From Ilumatobacteraceae bacterium (GTDB lineage Bacteria > Actinomycetota > Acidimicrobiia > Acidimicrobiales > Ilumatobacteraceae), in assembly GCA_031408175.1 (NCBI GenBank), contig JANOJI010000001.1:492-64491 (forward strand): DNA of 64,000 nt, written 5' to 3'. A program made the translations under genes and the position numbers. Shown one piece after another: positions 55,626-63,896 of the stretch (its first letter is position 1; each line of letters starts with the position of its first letter). The notes under the pieces were generated by a model. That model did no database searches. It saw nothing but the letters and a program-made list of their open reading frames with translations, and was not told the DNA's origin.

Positions 55626-56864
55626 TCAGTCCGCCCAGAGCATCGAGACGGGGAGGGCCCAGATTCGCTCACCGAGCGGGACCACCCGGTCGCCGAGGTA
55701 GAGCACCACACCGGCCGTGAACCGATCGCCGAGCTTGTCGCGAAGATCTTGAAGGTGCTTGACGTCCCTCGGCGACACAGTGGATGCTGCCTTGACCTCG
55801 ACGCCACCGATGCTGCCGCTGTCGTCTTCGATGATCAGATCGACCTCGGCACCGTTGCGGTCACGCCAGTGACGAATCATCGGCTGCCGCTCGGACCAGC
55901 CCCGTTGCTTGACCAGCTCCATCGTCACGAACGACTCGAGCATCGGCCCTGTCAGCGGACTCGTCGCCATCCCGAGGCCGTCCACGTTGCGGCCCAACAA
56001 TCCGCAGGCAAGTCCGGTGTCGGTGATCACAACCTTCGGATGACGCTTCTCACGGCTCGTCAGACTCGGCGTCCACGCCCTGATGCGCACCACGAACCCG
56101 ACGAGCTCCAGCAACCCCACATATCGAGAGACTGTGTCAGCGCTCATCCGCGCGTCGTCGGCAAGTCGGGCCGTCACCATTTCACCCGAAGTGTTCGCCG
56201 CGAGGAGGCGCAGCAGCGTCGGCAACTCGTCGGCTTGCGTGATCGCCGAGGCTTCGACGATGTCGCGCTCGACCACGGTTCGCACATAGTTCCGGTACCA
56301 ACGTGCCGCTTGCGCCGGCGAAGCATCGACGAGCTCCGGATAGCCACCCCGCACCAGCCGACCGAACAACCTTGGCCGATCGACCTGCTCGAACCGTCGG
56401 CGGGCAAGCTGATCGAGGTCGGTCAGCAACGTGTCGAGGAACGACTCGCGAACACCCGCCAGCTCCCCTTGCGAAAAGGGCCACAGATCCAAGATCTCCG
56501 CTCGACCGGCCAGCGACTCCGACAACTGAGGGACAGACAAGAAGCGAGTCGACCCTGCAAGAACGAATTGGCCACGGTCATTGCGACGATCGACGACCGA
56601 CTTGACCGCCAGGACCACATCGTTGCCACCGCGTTGCACCTCATCGATCGCCATCGGCGAACTGCCCTGCTCGACGAACCCGTGTGGGTCCAATCGGGCA
56701 GCGGCACGGACAGACTCATCGTCGAGGCTCCAGTAGCTGCCGACACCAGTGACCAACTGTTTCGCCAAGGTCGTCTTGCCTGACTGTCGCGGCCCGTTGA
56801 TCACCGTCACCCGGAATCCGCGCAACGATTCCTCAGCGACACTCAACAGATGGCGCTCGATCAC
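55626..56864 (-). CDS. AAA+ ATPase with C-terminal DUF4143 (PD-(D/E)xK-like) domain
   Basis: Walker A INGPRQSGKTT, Walker B AIDEVQ, C-terminal GAEVDLIIEDDSGSIGGVEVKAAS. GTG start. Confidence 0.8.
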   Translation of the reverse strand: MIERHLLSVAEESLRGFRVTVINGPRQSGKTTLAKQLVTGVGSYWSLDDESVRAAARLDPHGFVEQGSSPMAIDEVQRGGNDVVLAVKSVVDRRNDRGQFVLAGSTRFLSVPQLSESLAGRAEILDLWPFSQGELAGVRESFLDTLLTDLDQLARRRFEQVDRPRLFGRLVRGGYPELVDASPAQAARWYRNYVRTVVERDIVEASAITQADELPTLLRLLAANTSGEMVTARLADDARMSADTVSRYVGLLELVGFVVRIRAWTPSLTSREKRHPKVVITDTGLACGLLGRNVDGLGMATSPLTGPMLESFVTMELVKQRGWSERQPMIRHWRDRNGAEVDLIIEDDSGSIGGVEVKAASTVSPRDVKHLQDLRDKLGDRFTAGVVLYLGDRVVPLGERIWALPVSMLWAD

Positions 56865-56953
56865 ACTCCGACGCTACCACGAAACGCTGAACCCATGTGC
56901 GTGAAACGCTGACAATATCTGCGACAAACGCTACGCGCGTCTGCGCAGTTCGC

Positions 56954-56992
56954 GTGGGGGTTCGCACATGACCCGAAGTCAGGCAGGTCTAG
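56954..56992 (-). other. Degenerate tRNA-Leu 3'-half fragment 4
   Basis: GTGGGGGTTCGCACATGACCCGAAGTCAGGCAGGTCTAG aligns to fragments 1/2 with indels. Its right flank resembles the flank of fragment 1. Confidence 0.55.
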
Positions 56993-57271
56993 TTCGGTTG
57001 GTTCATCCTGGGCTGCGTCGGCGCGTGGTGCGCACCCGGGTTCCTGGGGATTCAGTTCACGTCCGCCGTGAATCGCCGAATCCTGTGCAGGAATCGTGCA
57101 GCTCTCTCGGTAGGTCGTGCGCCGGCTGGTCAGAGGGTCCCGGCGGCGACAACCAGGATGGCCCGCATCTGGTTCGCCTCCCACTTGCCGCCGCCGGAGA
57201 ACGCCGGTGGTGGCGCCTCGGCGACGGCGTCGAGCACGGCCTCGAACTCGGCAACGCGAAGTGTCAAGCAG

Positions 57272-57337
57272 CTACCGGAGTCACTGTCGCCCAGCTACCG
57301 GAGTTGCGTCCCGAAACTGTCACCCACCTACCGGAGT
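57272..57337. repeat. Three direct copies of CTACCGGAGT (starts 57272, 57295, 57328)
   Basis: Read directly. A related CTACCCGAGTCACTACCCAG lies at 55341-55360, next to int of element B. Confidence 0.7.
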
Positions 57338-57465
57338 CACACTGTCAAGCATGAACCGAAGTCACACACACCATCCCACGAGGTTCTGTGCACATTTCGT
57401 GCACATCGACCTCCGTTGCGACCGGCCGCGGCCGGCCGCAGCCACATATCGCCTGCTCACGATCG

Positions 57466-57518
57466 GTGCCCGGGGTGGGATTCGAACCCACACGTCCTTT
57501 CGGACAAGGAGGTTTACG
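57466..57518 (-). other. Diverged tRNA-Leu-like 3' half = fragment 3 (not a functional tRNA)
   Basis: T-arm GTGGG-TTCGAAT-CCCAC and acceptor CCCGGGC-A are intact, with a variable-arm hairpin GTCC-GAAA-GGAC. The loop reads CGTAAAC (U33 replaced by G) and no GCCCGGG 5' strand lies upstream. Confidence 0.6.
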
Positions 57519-58003
57519 ACCGCCAGTTGGTGTCTTTGTGGTGTTCGCCAGTCCGTCGAGTGTGCTGTGGCTGCGACTCCAGTCCGTGCAGCCTCTGTAG
57601 TGCGCTGCAGTGGTGCTGAGTGCTCGCAAATCCTGTGCACCTTTTGTGCACCTATCGGCGACTGACGGGCGCGACTGAAGGAGCACACCTCAGCGGATCC
57701 GCGTTCGTTACGTAGGGCCGCCCGAAGGGAAAGAAGGATCATGCGTTTCGCTGTTCTTGTCCGTTTGCCCGGATCTGAATGGCGTGCTTGCCTGGCCCGC
57801 CCGTCGGCTTAGAACAGTGCGCCCGAGTCGACGTTGCCGATTATCTGGCGCCGAGCTCGATGTCAGTGATGGCGGGCCGTTCGGTCAAGACGGTCGTTGG
57901 TGTGCGGTTGCCGTACATGTTGAAGGTGATCGCCGCGTTCGTTTCGCACGTGCTTCGGCCACAGTCCAGACGGAAGCGGCAGCGCGCGTCCAGTTCGTTC
58001 AGC

Positions 58004-58399
58004 TCACGACATGGGGCTGAGGTGTTCGTGAACAGCGAGCCACGCTCCCGATGGCTCGCGACGAAACACGATGCTCTCTCGCTCGACCAGGTCGTGAGTG
58101 CCGTCGGCATCGGCCACTGCGGTGAGCACGCGGTGTGTGAACACCGCGACGTCAGGGGTGACCAGGTCGATCCGCTGATCATGTGTGGCGCAACTCACAA
58201 CCTCGAAGCCGGCGTCGACCCAGCTCGCCCACTCCCGCTCGTATTCTGCCCGGGAGCCGAGCAGACGGTTGGTCGCGTGGAACAGGAACGTTGCCTCCGG
58301 CGCGAAGCAGGCGAAGTAGGCTTCACCATCGAACGCTCCGAAGCGTTCGATCAGGTGATTCGCTGCACCTCGAACGTGATCGATGTCGTCGTTGCTCAT
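58004..58399 (-). CDS. SnoaL-like / DUF4440 (NTF2 fold) protein
   Basis: 131 aa. ...FAPEATFLFH...ESIVFRREPSGAWLAVHEHLS is typical. ATGA overlap with the upstream gene. Confidence 0.7.
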   Translation of the reverse strand: MSNDDIDHVRGAANHLIERFGAFDGEAYFACFAPEATFLFHATNRLLGSRAEYEREWASWVDAGFEVVSCATHDQRIDLVTPDVAVFTHRVLTAVADADGTHDLVERESIVFRREPSGAWLAVHEHLSPMS

Positions 58400-59322
58400 G
58401 GTGTCTCCATGTCGGGATAGTACGGCCCCAAAGCGAGGTCGGGGATGTCAGGGAAACGCTCGGCGATGTCGGGTGACGCCAGCGTTGCGTCAGCGATCTC
58501 ACCGAGCGGCGCGATCCAAACATCACCGCACGACCGGGCGTAGCCGATTATCTCGCGCAGTACCTCGGCGCGCGACGCCCGACCCGACAGGAACGGGTGC
58601 ATCGTGCCGACCACCAGTCCCCCCTCATTGCGCTGGGCGTCGAGCTCGCAACGCCACAACTCGAGCACCTTCGAGGGTGGCTCGATGTTGGAGCCGATCA
58701 TCGGATCGGGTAAGAACGCGTACTGCTCCCAGTCGTCCAACGACCAGTGAGGTGGCAGCTCAGCCAGGCGGTGTTCGCCGATGCGCAGCACATAGGGGCG
58801 ATCATCGTCCATCAAACTCGAGTCATAGGTCAGGCCGTGCTCGGCGAGCAGATCGAGTGTGTGCCACGTGGCCTGCCACCATGCCGCGCGATATCCGCGC
58901 ACATCCGCACCTTGTGATCGCAGGGTTTTGAGTGCCCGTTCGAAGTCGCGACGCTCCTCATCCTTGGTCATCTGGGGCGCTGGTATGTGCAGGTCGGAGT
59001 GGTGGCCGATCTCGTGGCCCGCTTCCATCAAGGTGGCGACGAGGGTCGGGTATCGGCGCGCCGTCCAGCCGGGCACGAAGAACGTCGCCCGCACGTCCTC
59101 CTCGGCGAGGATCCTCATCAGCCGTGGGATCCCGACCTTGGGACCGAAGGCTTGGTGGGTCATCGCCATGGCGTCGTTCCACCCCGACGGCTTAGGGACC
59201 AACACTGCTGTCTCGGCATCGGCATCGAAGGTCAACGACAGGGCGGCTCTGCAACCCGGCGGGAAGGCCGGGGACGGGTAGGGGGCGCGATCCGGCGTGC
59301 CGGTCGGCGACATCGACGTCAT
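58396..59322 (-). CDS. Polysaccharide-deacetylase (NodB-homology) family protein
   Basis: LSLTFDAD, RATFFVPG, GHEIGHHSDLH motifs. Starts at ATG 59322 (ATGA overlap); the rest of ORF 58396..60096 is Arg-rich shadow. Confidence 0.75.
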   Translation of the reverse strand: MTSMSPTGTPDRAPYPSPAFPPGCRAALSLTFDADAETAVLVPKPSGWNDAMAMTHQAFGPKVGIPRLMRILAEEDVRATFFVPGWTARRYPTLVATLMEAGHEIGHHSDLHIPAPQMTKDEERRDFERALKTLRSQGADVRGYRAAWWQATWHTLDLLAEHGLTYDSSLMDDDRPYVLRIGEHRLAELPPHWSLDDWEQYAFLPDPMIGSNIEPPSKVLELWRCELDAQRNEGGLVVGTMHPFLSGRASRAEVLREIIGYARSCGDVWIAPLGEIADATLASPDIAERFPDIPDLALGPYYPDMETP

Positions 59323-60080
59323 GTCAGGCTTCCTCCATTGGCACTGATGACCTGGCCGACCAGAGCCCCGGCCGGTTCCGAGACAAGATAGGCGGCGACG
59401 GCGGCAATGTCGGATGGCCGGCCGAGGCGCCCGAGCGGCACGTTTCGGGCGTAGACGGCGACCATTTCGTCGTACGAGATGCCGGCCGAGTCGGCGTCGA
59501 CTTGCAGTTGTGGTGTGAGCGTCACACCAGGAGCGATGGCGTTGACGGTGACGCCATGCGGGCCGAGCGCACGCGCGGCCGAACGCACAAGAGAAATGAT
59601 GCCGCCCTTCGACGTGGCGTAGGCACCGGCTTGAGGCCAGCCGGTGATACCCCACTCCGAAGTGATGCATACGATGCGTCCGTAGCCGCCGGCAACCATT
59701 GGCCTGGCCGTCGTCTGCAGCACCCACAGCGCGCCCTTCAGATTGACGTCCATGGTGCGTTGCCAGTCGACCGGGTCTTCGTCGACGAACGGCGCCATCT
59801 TCATGTAGGCATGATTGACGACGCAGAGTTCGATCGGTCCAAGTGTCTCGGCGGCGACCTGTACGCCGCGTTGTACGCCGGCGCGATCGGCGCAGTCGAA
59901 CGGAACGGCGATGCCGCCGATCACCTCGGCCACTTCGGTGGCGGTGTCCGGGTTTAGGTCGTTGACGACGACTCGTGCGCCTTCGGCGGCTAACCGTTCG
60001 GCGATGGCCCGGCCGATTCCCTGGCCGGCGCCCGTGACCATGGCCACTCGGCCGGCAATGCCCGTCAACTTGCGGGTCAT
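59319..60080 (-). CDS. SDR-family oxidoreductase
   Basis: VAMVTGAGQGIGRAIA, YATSKGGIISL. ATGA overlaps at both ends. Confidence 0.85.
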   Translation of the reverse strand: MTRKLTGIAGRVAMVTGAGQGIGRAIAERLAAEGARVVVNDLNPDTATEVAEVIGGIAVPFDCADRAGVQRGVQVAAETLGPIELCVVNHAYMKMAPFVDEDPVDWQRTMDVNLKGALWVLQTTARPMVAGGYGRIVCITSEWGITGWPQAGAYATSKGGIISLVRSAARALGPHGVTVNAIAPGVTLTPQLQVDADSAGISYDEMVAVYARNVPLGRLGRPSDIAAVAAYLVSEPAGALVGQVISANGGSLT

Positions 60081-60766
60081 ACGACGGCCCCGGCATTCGG
60101 CGAGATGATCTGGCCTACCAGGTTGTGGCCGTCTGCGTCGAGCACGAACGCGACCATATGGGCGATCTCGCCGGGTTCGACGAGTCGTTGCAATACCAGC
60201 GAAGCGATGTACGACGGGTCGCGCATCTCGGTGGTCATCAGCGGAGTGTCGGTCGGTCCAGGAGCTACGCAATTCACCCGCACCCCCAGCGGCGCCGCCT
60301 CGCGGGCGATGGTCTTGGTCATGGCATGCACGGCGCCCTTGCAAGCCGCATAGTGAGCCGCATCGGCGTCACCGCACAGGCCAAGCTCGGAGCCGATGGT
60401 GCAAATCGAACCCCTACCGCGGGGAAGCATGCGACGCAGTGCCGATCGGCCCACGTTGGCCGTTCCGTCGATCAAAACCGCCACCATACGGTCGACTGCT
60501 GATTCGTCGAGATCAAGAATGTCGATGCGCTCGTAGTAGCCCGCCGCAGCAACGACCGCATCGATCGGGCCGAGTTCCCGCTCGACGGTCGCAAACGCAT
60601 CGTCTACTGCTCGGGCGTCGGAAACGTCGACAACAATCGAGCGAGCGCACGCCGGTGCCTGGCGCAGATCAAGACCGACAACGGTGAAGCCGAGCCCGGT
60701 GAGTACCTGAGCGCACGACGCGCCGATGCCCGAGGCGGCGCCCGTGACAATCGCGATCGGCCCCAC
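60077..60766 (-). CDS. SDR-family oxidoreductase (short)
   Basis: IAIVTGAASGIGASCA, YAACKGAVHAM. Confidence 0.8.
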   Translation of the reverse strand: MGPIAIVTGAASGIGASCAQVLTGLGFTVVGLDLRQAPACARSIVVDVSDARAVDDAFATVERELGPIDAVVAAAGYYERIDILDLDESAVDRMVAVLIDGTANVGRSALRRMLPRGRGSICTIGSELGLCGDADAAHYAACKGAVHAMTKTIAREAAPLGVRVNCVAPGPTDTPLMTTEMRDPSYIASLVLQRLVEPGEIAHMVAFVLDADGHNLVGQIISPNAGAVV

Positions 60767-60769
60767 CGC

Positions 60770-62227
60770 TCAGTCCGGGGCCAAGACAGTGCTGTGCTCA
60801 GAGACGGCCTCATGCCGTGCTGCTTCGGCGACCACCTGTTGGCGGCCCAGCGCCCAGTAGATGCCGCCGGCCACGAGGGGTCCCGCAGCCCAGGACAGGT
60901 CGGTGTCGAGTGCCTTGGCGATCGGCCCGTTGAACTTCGGTGAGGCGATGGTCAACAACGCTGCGACGATGCCTGCGATGGTGGCGATCCAGGCGCTCCG
61001 GCGTGGGCCGCTGATGCCGGTGAACGGACTGGAGCTGCCGCCGTGGACGTATTCGGGCCTCACGCGCCAGTTCCGCCACCACAGGTCGAGCAAATAGACG
61101 GCGCCGAATGGCCCGACCCATGCGATGGCCAACACGATGTAAGAGTTCAGGTTGGCGAAGAAGTTGCCGTTGTCGATGAACAGCACGTACACCAGACCGG
61201 CGATGGCCACGATGCCGTCGACCACCGTCGCCTGCCAGCGCTTCAGCGGCAGGCCGGCGGCCTGCGCGGCGAGCCCGGCGGAGTACAAGGTCAGCGCGTT
61301 GTTCGAAATCGAGCCGCCAATCGCAGCGAGGATCCAAATGACGTAGATCCAATAGGGGATGATCGGCTTGACCCCGGCCACGGGGTCGAGGAAACCGCCC
61401 TCGGTCTGCGCAGCCATCATCGTGCCGACGAGACCGAGGAATCCGGCAGCGAGTACCGAACCTCCCAGCACCTGCCAGAAGATCGCCCTCGACGGCGTGT
61501 TCGCAGGCAAGTACCGCGGGTAGTCGAGGGAAACGATCATGTACGAATAGCCGCCCGCCCAGGCAATACCGATGGCGATCAGTACGACTTGCAAGGTGGC
61601 TTTGCCGCCGAGCGCCTCCCCGGCTCTGGCGCCGAGGTCGAGATTGTCGACAAGCGAGATGAACAGCAACAGAACAGCGATGCCGAGAGCGACGCTGAAG
61701 AAGCGTTGCACGAACACCATCGTTGCGTGGCCGAGCAGCGGCAGGACGATGCACAGGCCGTACACCAGGATCAGCGCGACGACCAAGCCTCCATCACCGC
61801 TGTTGTCCCAGCCCAATTCGTCGAAGATGGCGACCGCCGCGTACACGCCCACCGTGACGTTGATGACCTCGTAAACAATGCCAACGAGCCAGCCGAGCAC
61901 GGCGTTAGCTCGCTGACCATCAATGCCGAACGTCGCCCGGAGCGTGGTGTGTGTGGGCATTCCTGTCCGGGCCCCGGCGATCGAGGCGACCGCCACCGGC
62001 GCATAGCTGGCAGCCGCGCCGAGGACCGTGACGAGAATGGCCAACCACAACGGCATCCCGAGGCTGTAGATCAGCACGCCGATGAACACGTTGAAGGGGT
62101 AGAGGCTGGAGCCCCCCCAAAATACCCCAAGCTCTCTGGGTTTCATCGTTCGTTCCGACTCCGGTACGAACTCGATCCCGCGTTGCTCAACCTCGAACAC
62201 TCGATTGTCTGAACCCATCTCGGTCAC
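60770..62227 (-). CDS. NCS1 / purine-cytosine permease family transporter
   Basis: FEVEQRGIEFVPESER N-terminal motif, then ~12 TM segments. GTG 62227 is preceded by GGGGGG (alternatives ATG 62218 or ORF-track 62347). Confidence 0.75.
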   Translation of the reverse strand: MTEMGSDNRVFEVEQRGIEFVPESERTMKPRELGVFWGGSSLYPFNVFIGVLIYSLGMPLWLAILVTVLGAAASYAPVAVASIAGARTGMPTHTTLRATFGIDGQRANAVLGWLVGIVYEVINVTVGVYAAVAIFDELGWDNSGDGGLVVALILVYGLCIVLPLLGHATMVFVQRFFSVALGIAVLLLFISLVDNLDLGARAGEALGGKATLQVVLIAIGIAWAGGYSYMIVSLDYPRYLPANTPSRAIFWQVLGGSVLAAGFLGLVGTMMAAQTEGGFLDPVAGVKPIIPYWIYVIWILAAIGGSISNNALTLYSAGLAAQAAGLPLKRWQATVVDGIVAIAGLVYVLFIDNGNFFANLNSYIVLAIAWVGPFGAVYLLDLWWRNWRVRPEYVHGGSSSPFTGISGPRRSAWIATIAGIVAALLTIASPKFNGPIAKALDTDLSWAAGPLVAGGIYWALGRQQVVAEAARHEAVSEHSTVLAPD

Positions 62228-62935
62228 CGCGAACCCCCCAGTTCCGTCACGCCCTTCGAAGTGGGCGAACGCAGAGTACGGCGCTGCTGAATCGACGTCA
62301 ACGGAGGATCGAAGCCGGATGGGCGTCAGTCTCAGTTGGGGTGTCACCGATCAGCGACGGTCACAGTCGAGTGTCTCCCGCGAACCTTGGGCGCTTCACT
62401 GTCATCGTCGGCGCGGAGCGCGGCCAGCTCTGCACGGACCTCGTCATGTCTTCCACCCTGTACTTCAGCGACATCCCGGGCGACGCACGATGGCGCTACC
62501 GAGGCGGACGGGATGGAGCGTTGACGGCTCAATAAGGGATCGGTTCGCGATCTGGATGACTCGTCGTCGCATCACCGATGAGTCATTTGAGTTCGCGTGT
62601 CTGATGAGGTCATCGTCCCGCCTGACCAAGCCCAGTTGGACAGACGAAATCGGCGAAGATCAGTCAGCGTCGTCCGACACTCCGCCGCCATTCGCCGCTC
62701 AAAGATCGCCAATGCCTCAGGAACGCACTCTTCGAGAGCCCCCGCATGTGTCGGATCAGCGACGAGCTCGTCGTAGCACCACACCGCGCTCCGGGCAGCA
62801 GCCAGAGTTCCCGCCCAGATGAGCGAATGCCCGTACCGAGGGAGAACCGCCAGCCGTCGGGCAAATCATGCGTACCGAGTCCGAACAGTCCCGCTCAGCG
62901 CGCGACATAGCTTCACGATCAGTCACCGCACCCCA

Positions 62936-63145
62936 TCACTCGTCTTCCGCAACCTGGGAAGGATTGGCGACGTCCCGAATGCATTCCATCCAATCGTCCC
63001 ACGCGGCAGGATCGAACGTGCCGCCGCCCGGCCTGAGCGTGATGTCCCCCAGGAGTGTCAGCAAGTCGTCACCCGCTCATTCCGCAAAGCGGGTCAGAAA
63101 CAGTGTCATTGCCGCGAATGCTTCGCGTTCGTTCAAGCTGTGCAC
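62936..63145 (-). pseudogene. Small immunity-like hypothetical gene interrupted by an in-frame TGA
   Basis: VHSLNEREAFAAMTLFLTRFAE-TGA-AGDDLLTLLGDITLRPGGGTFDPAAWDDWMECIRDV... is one continuous frame with a stop at 63077-63079. Confidence 0.45.
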
Positions 63146-63450
63146 ACCTTCTCCGTTCACTTCGGCGCCGCGTTCACGCCGCCATTTGTTATCTCGACCC
63201 CGTTGCGAACTTCCACCCACACCTGACGACCATCGGGAAGCACGCGCTGGTATGAGCGAAGCACGGATGAGCCAACCGTTGGGACCGTCGACGATCAGGT
63301 TGACATCGCTGAAACCTCGGGTCGAGGCCGCCGACTGAAGTTTCCCGCTGACGCCATTGACTCAGTGCGAAGACGTGTTCGCCATCGTCAAGCAGAAGAA
63401 CGCACCCCTTCCCGCCCAGAGGATGCGAGGCTTTTGGCATCGCAGCACTA

Positions 63451-63896
63451 CCCATCACCCGAGGCGACGTCGTCTACGTTGACCTCGTCGGCGCCGTTGG
63501 CGTCGAGAAGCTGAAGGTCCGGCCGTGCCTCGTCGTCCAGAACGACGCGGGCAACAAGGTGAGTCCGATGACGATAGTGGCTCCGATTACCGATGCCGAT
63601 CAGTACAAGCGGTTGCCGGTTCAGGTATGGCTCGACGCCGCCGAACTCGGACCCAGCGGGAAGGATTCGGTCGTCGAGTGCGGGCATGTGAGAGCCATCG
63701 ATCGCGACCAGCGCATCGATACAACCAAAGGAGTCATCGCCCGCGTGCCGCTGAGCGAATGGTCGATGTCGGCGCAGCCCTACGGTCCAGTTTCGGCCTG
63801 TCGAGCTTGCCGGGCAGTCAGCTCGTCCCGCTTCGACGCTTTGCCGTCGCTCACCTGCATCGAGGCCGAGGTCGATTCGATAGCCCGCTCCGCTGA
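63451..63896 (+). pseudogene. MazF/PemK-like toxin gene, apparently disrupted
   Basis: PITRGDVVYVDL...KVRPCLVVQNDAGNKVSPMTIVAPIT...GKDSVVECGHVRAIDRDQR is typical MazF. No ATG/GTG/TTG lies between the upstream stop (63358-63360) and the motif. The expected C-terminus MVDVGAALRSSFGL is in another frame from ~63758. Confidence 0.55.

Larger units (their letters stand above)
55438..56992 (-). mobile_element. att-bounded segment C carrying a single AAA+/DUF4143 ATPase gene
   Basis: Lies between fragment 2 and degenerate fragment 4. No integrase. Confidence 0.5.

Noticed and set aside
57466-57570. Possible intact type-II tRNA (Leu/Tyr) at the right end of the array
   Set aside because: The T-arm, variable arm and 3' acceptor strand are present, but the loop reads CGTAAAC (no U33). 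The putative anticodon stem has a C-T mismatch. No GCCCGGG 5' acceptor strand or D-arm exists within 100 nt.
50124-57700. CRISPR array, suggested by several short repeats in this region
   Set aside because: The repeats are 7-30 nt, irregularly spaced and few in number. They flank att fragments and integrase genes, and no cas genes or regular repeat-spacer periodicity are present.
57841-58003. Possible small gene downstream of the SnoaL-like gene (...AAITFNMYGNRTPTTVLTERPAITDIELGAR)
   Set aside because: There is no start codon in a sensible position after the SnoaL stop and no recognisable family. The longer ORF 57841..58182 overlaps the SnoaL gene out of frame.
59323-60096. N-terminal 258 aa of ORF 58396..60096, which would make a 566-aa deacetylase
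   Set aside because: This part is Arg/Gly/Pro-rich and overlaps the well-supported SDR gene in another frame. The NodB-type protein starts at ATG 59322 in an ATGA junction.
62228-62560. Possible TPP or other riboswitch in the leader of the NCS1 permease (a CTGAGA element is present)
   Set aside because: The other conserved TPP elements (GGGG.GC pairing partner, ACCTGA...GG.TAATGCC.GCG) are absent, and no convincing conserved fold is visible by eye.
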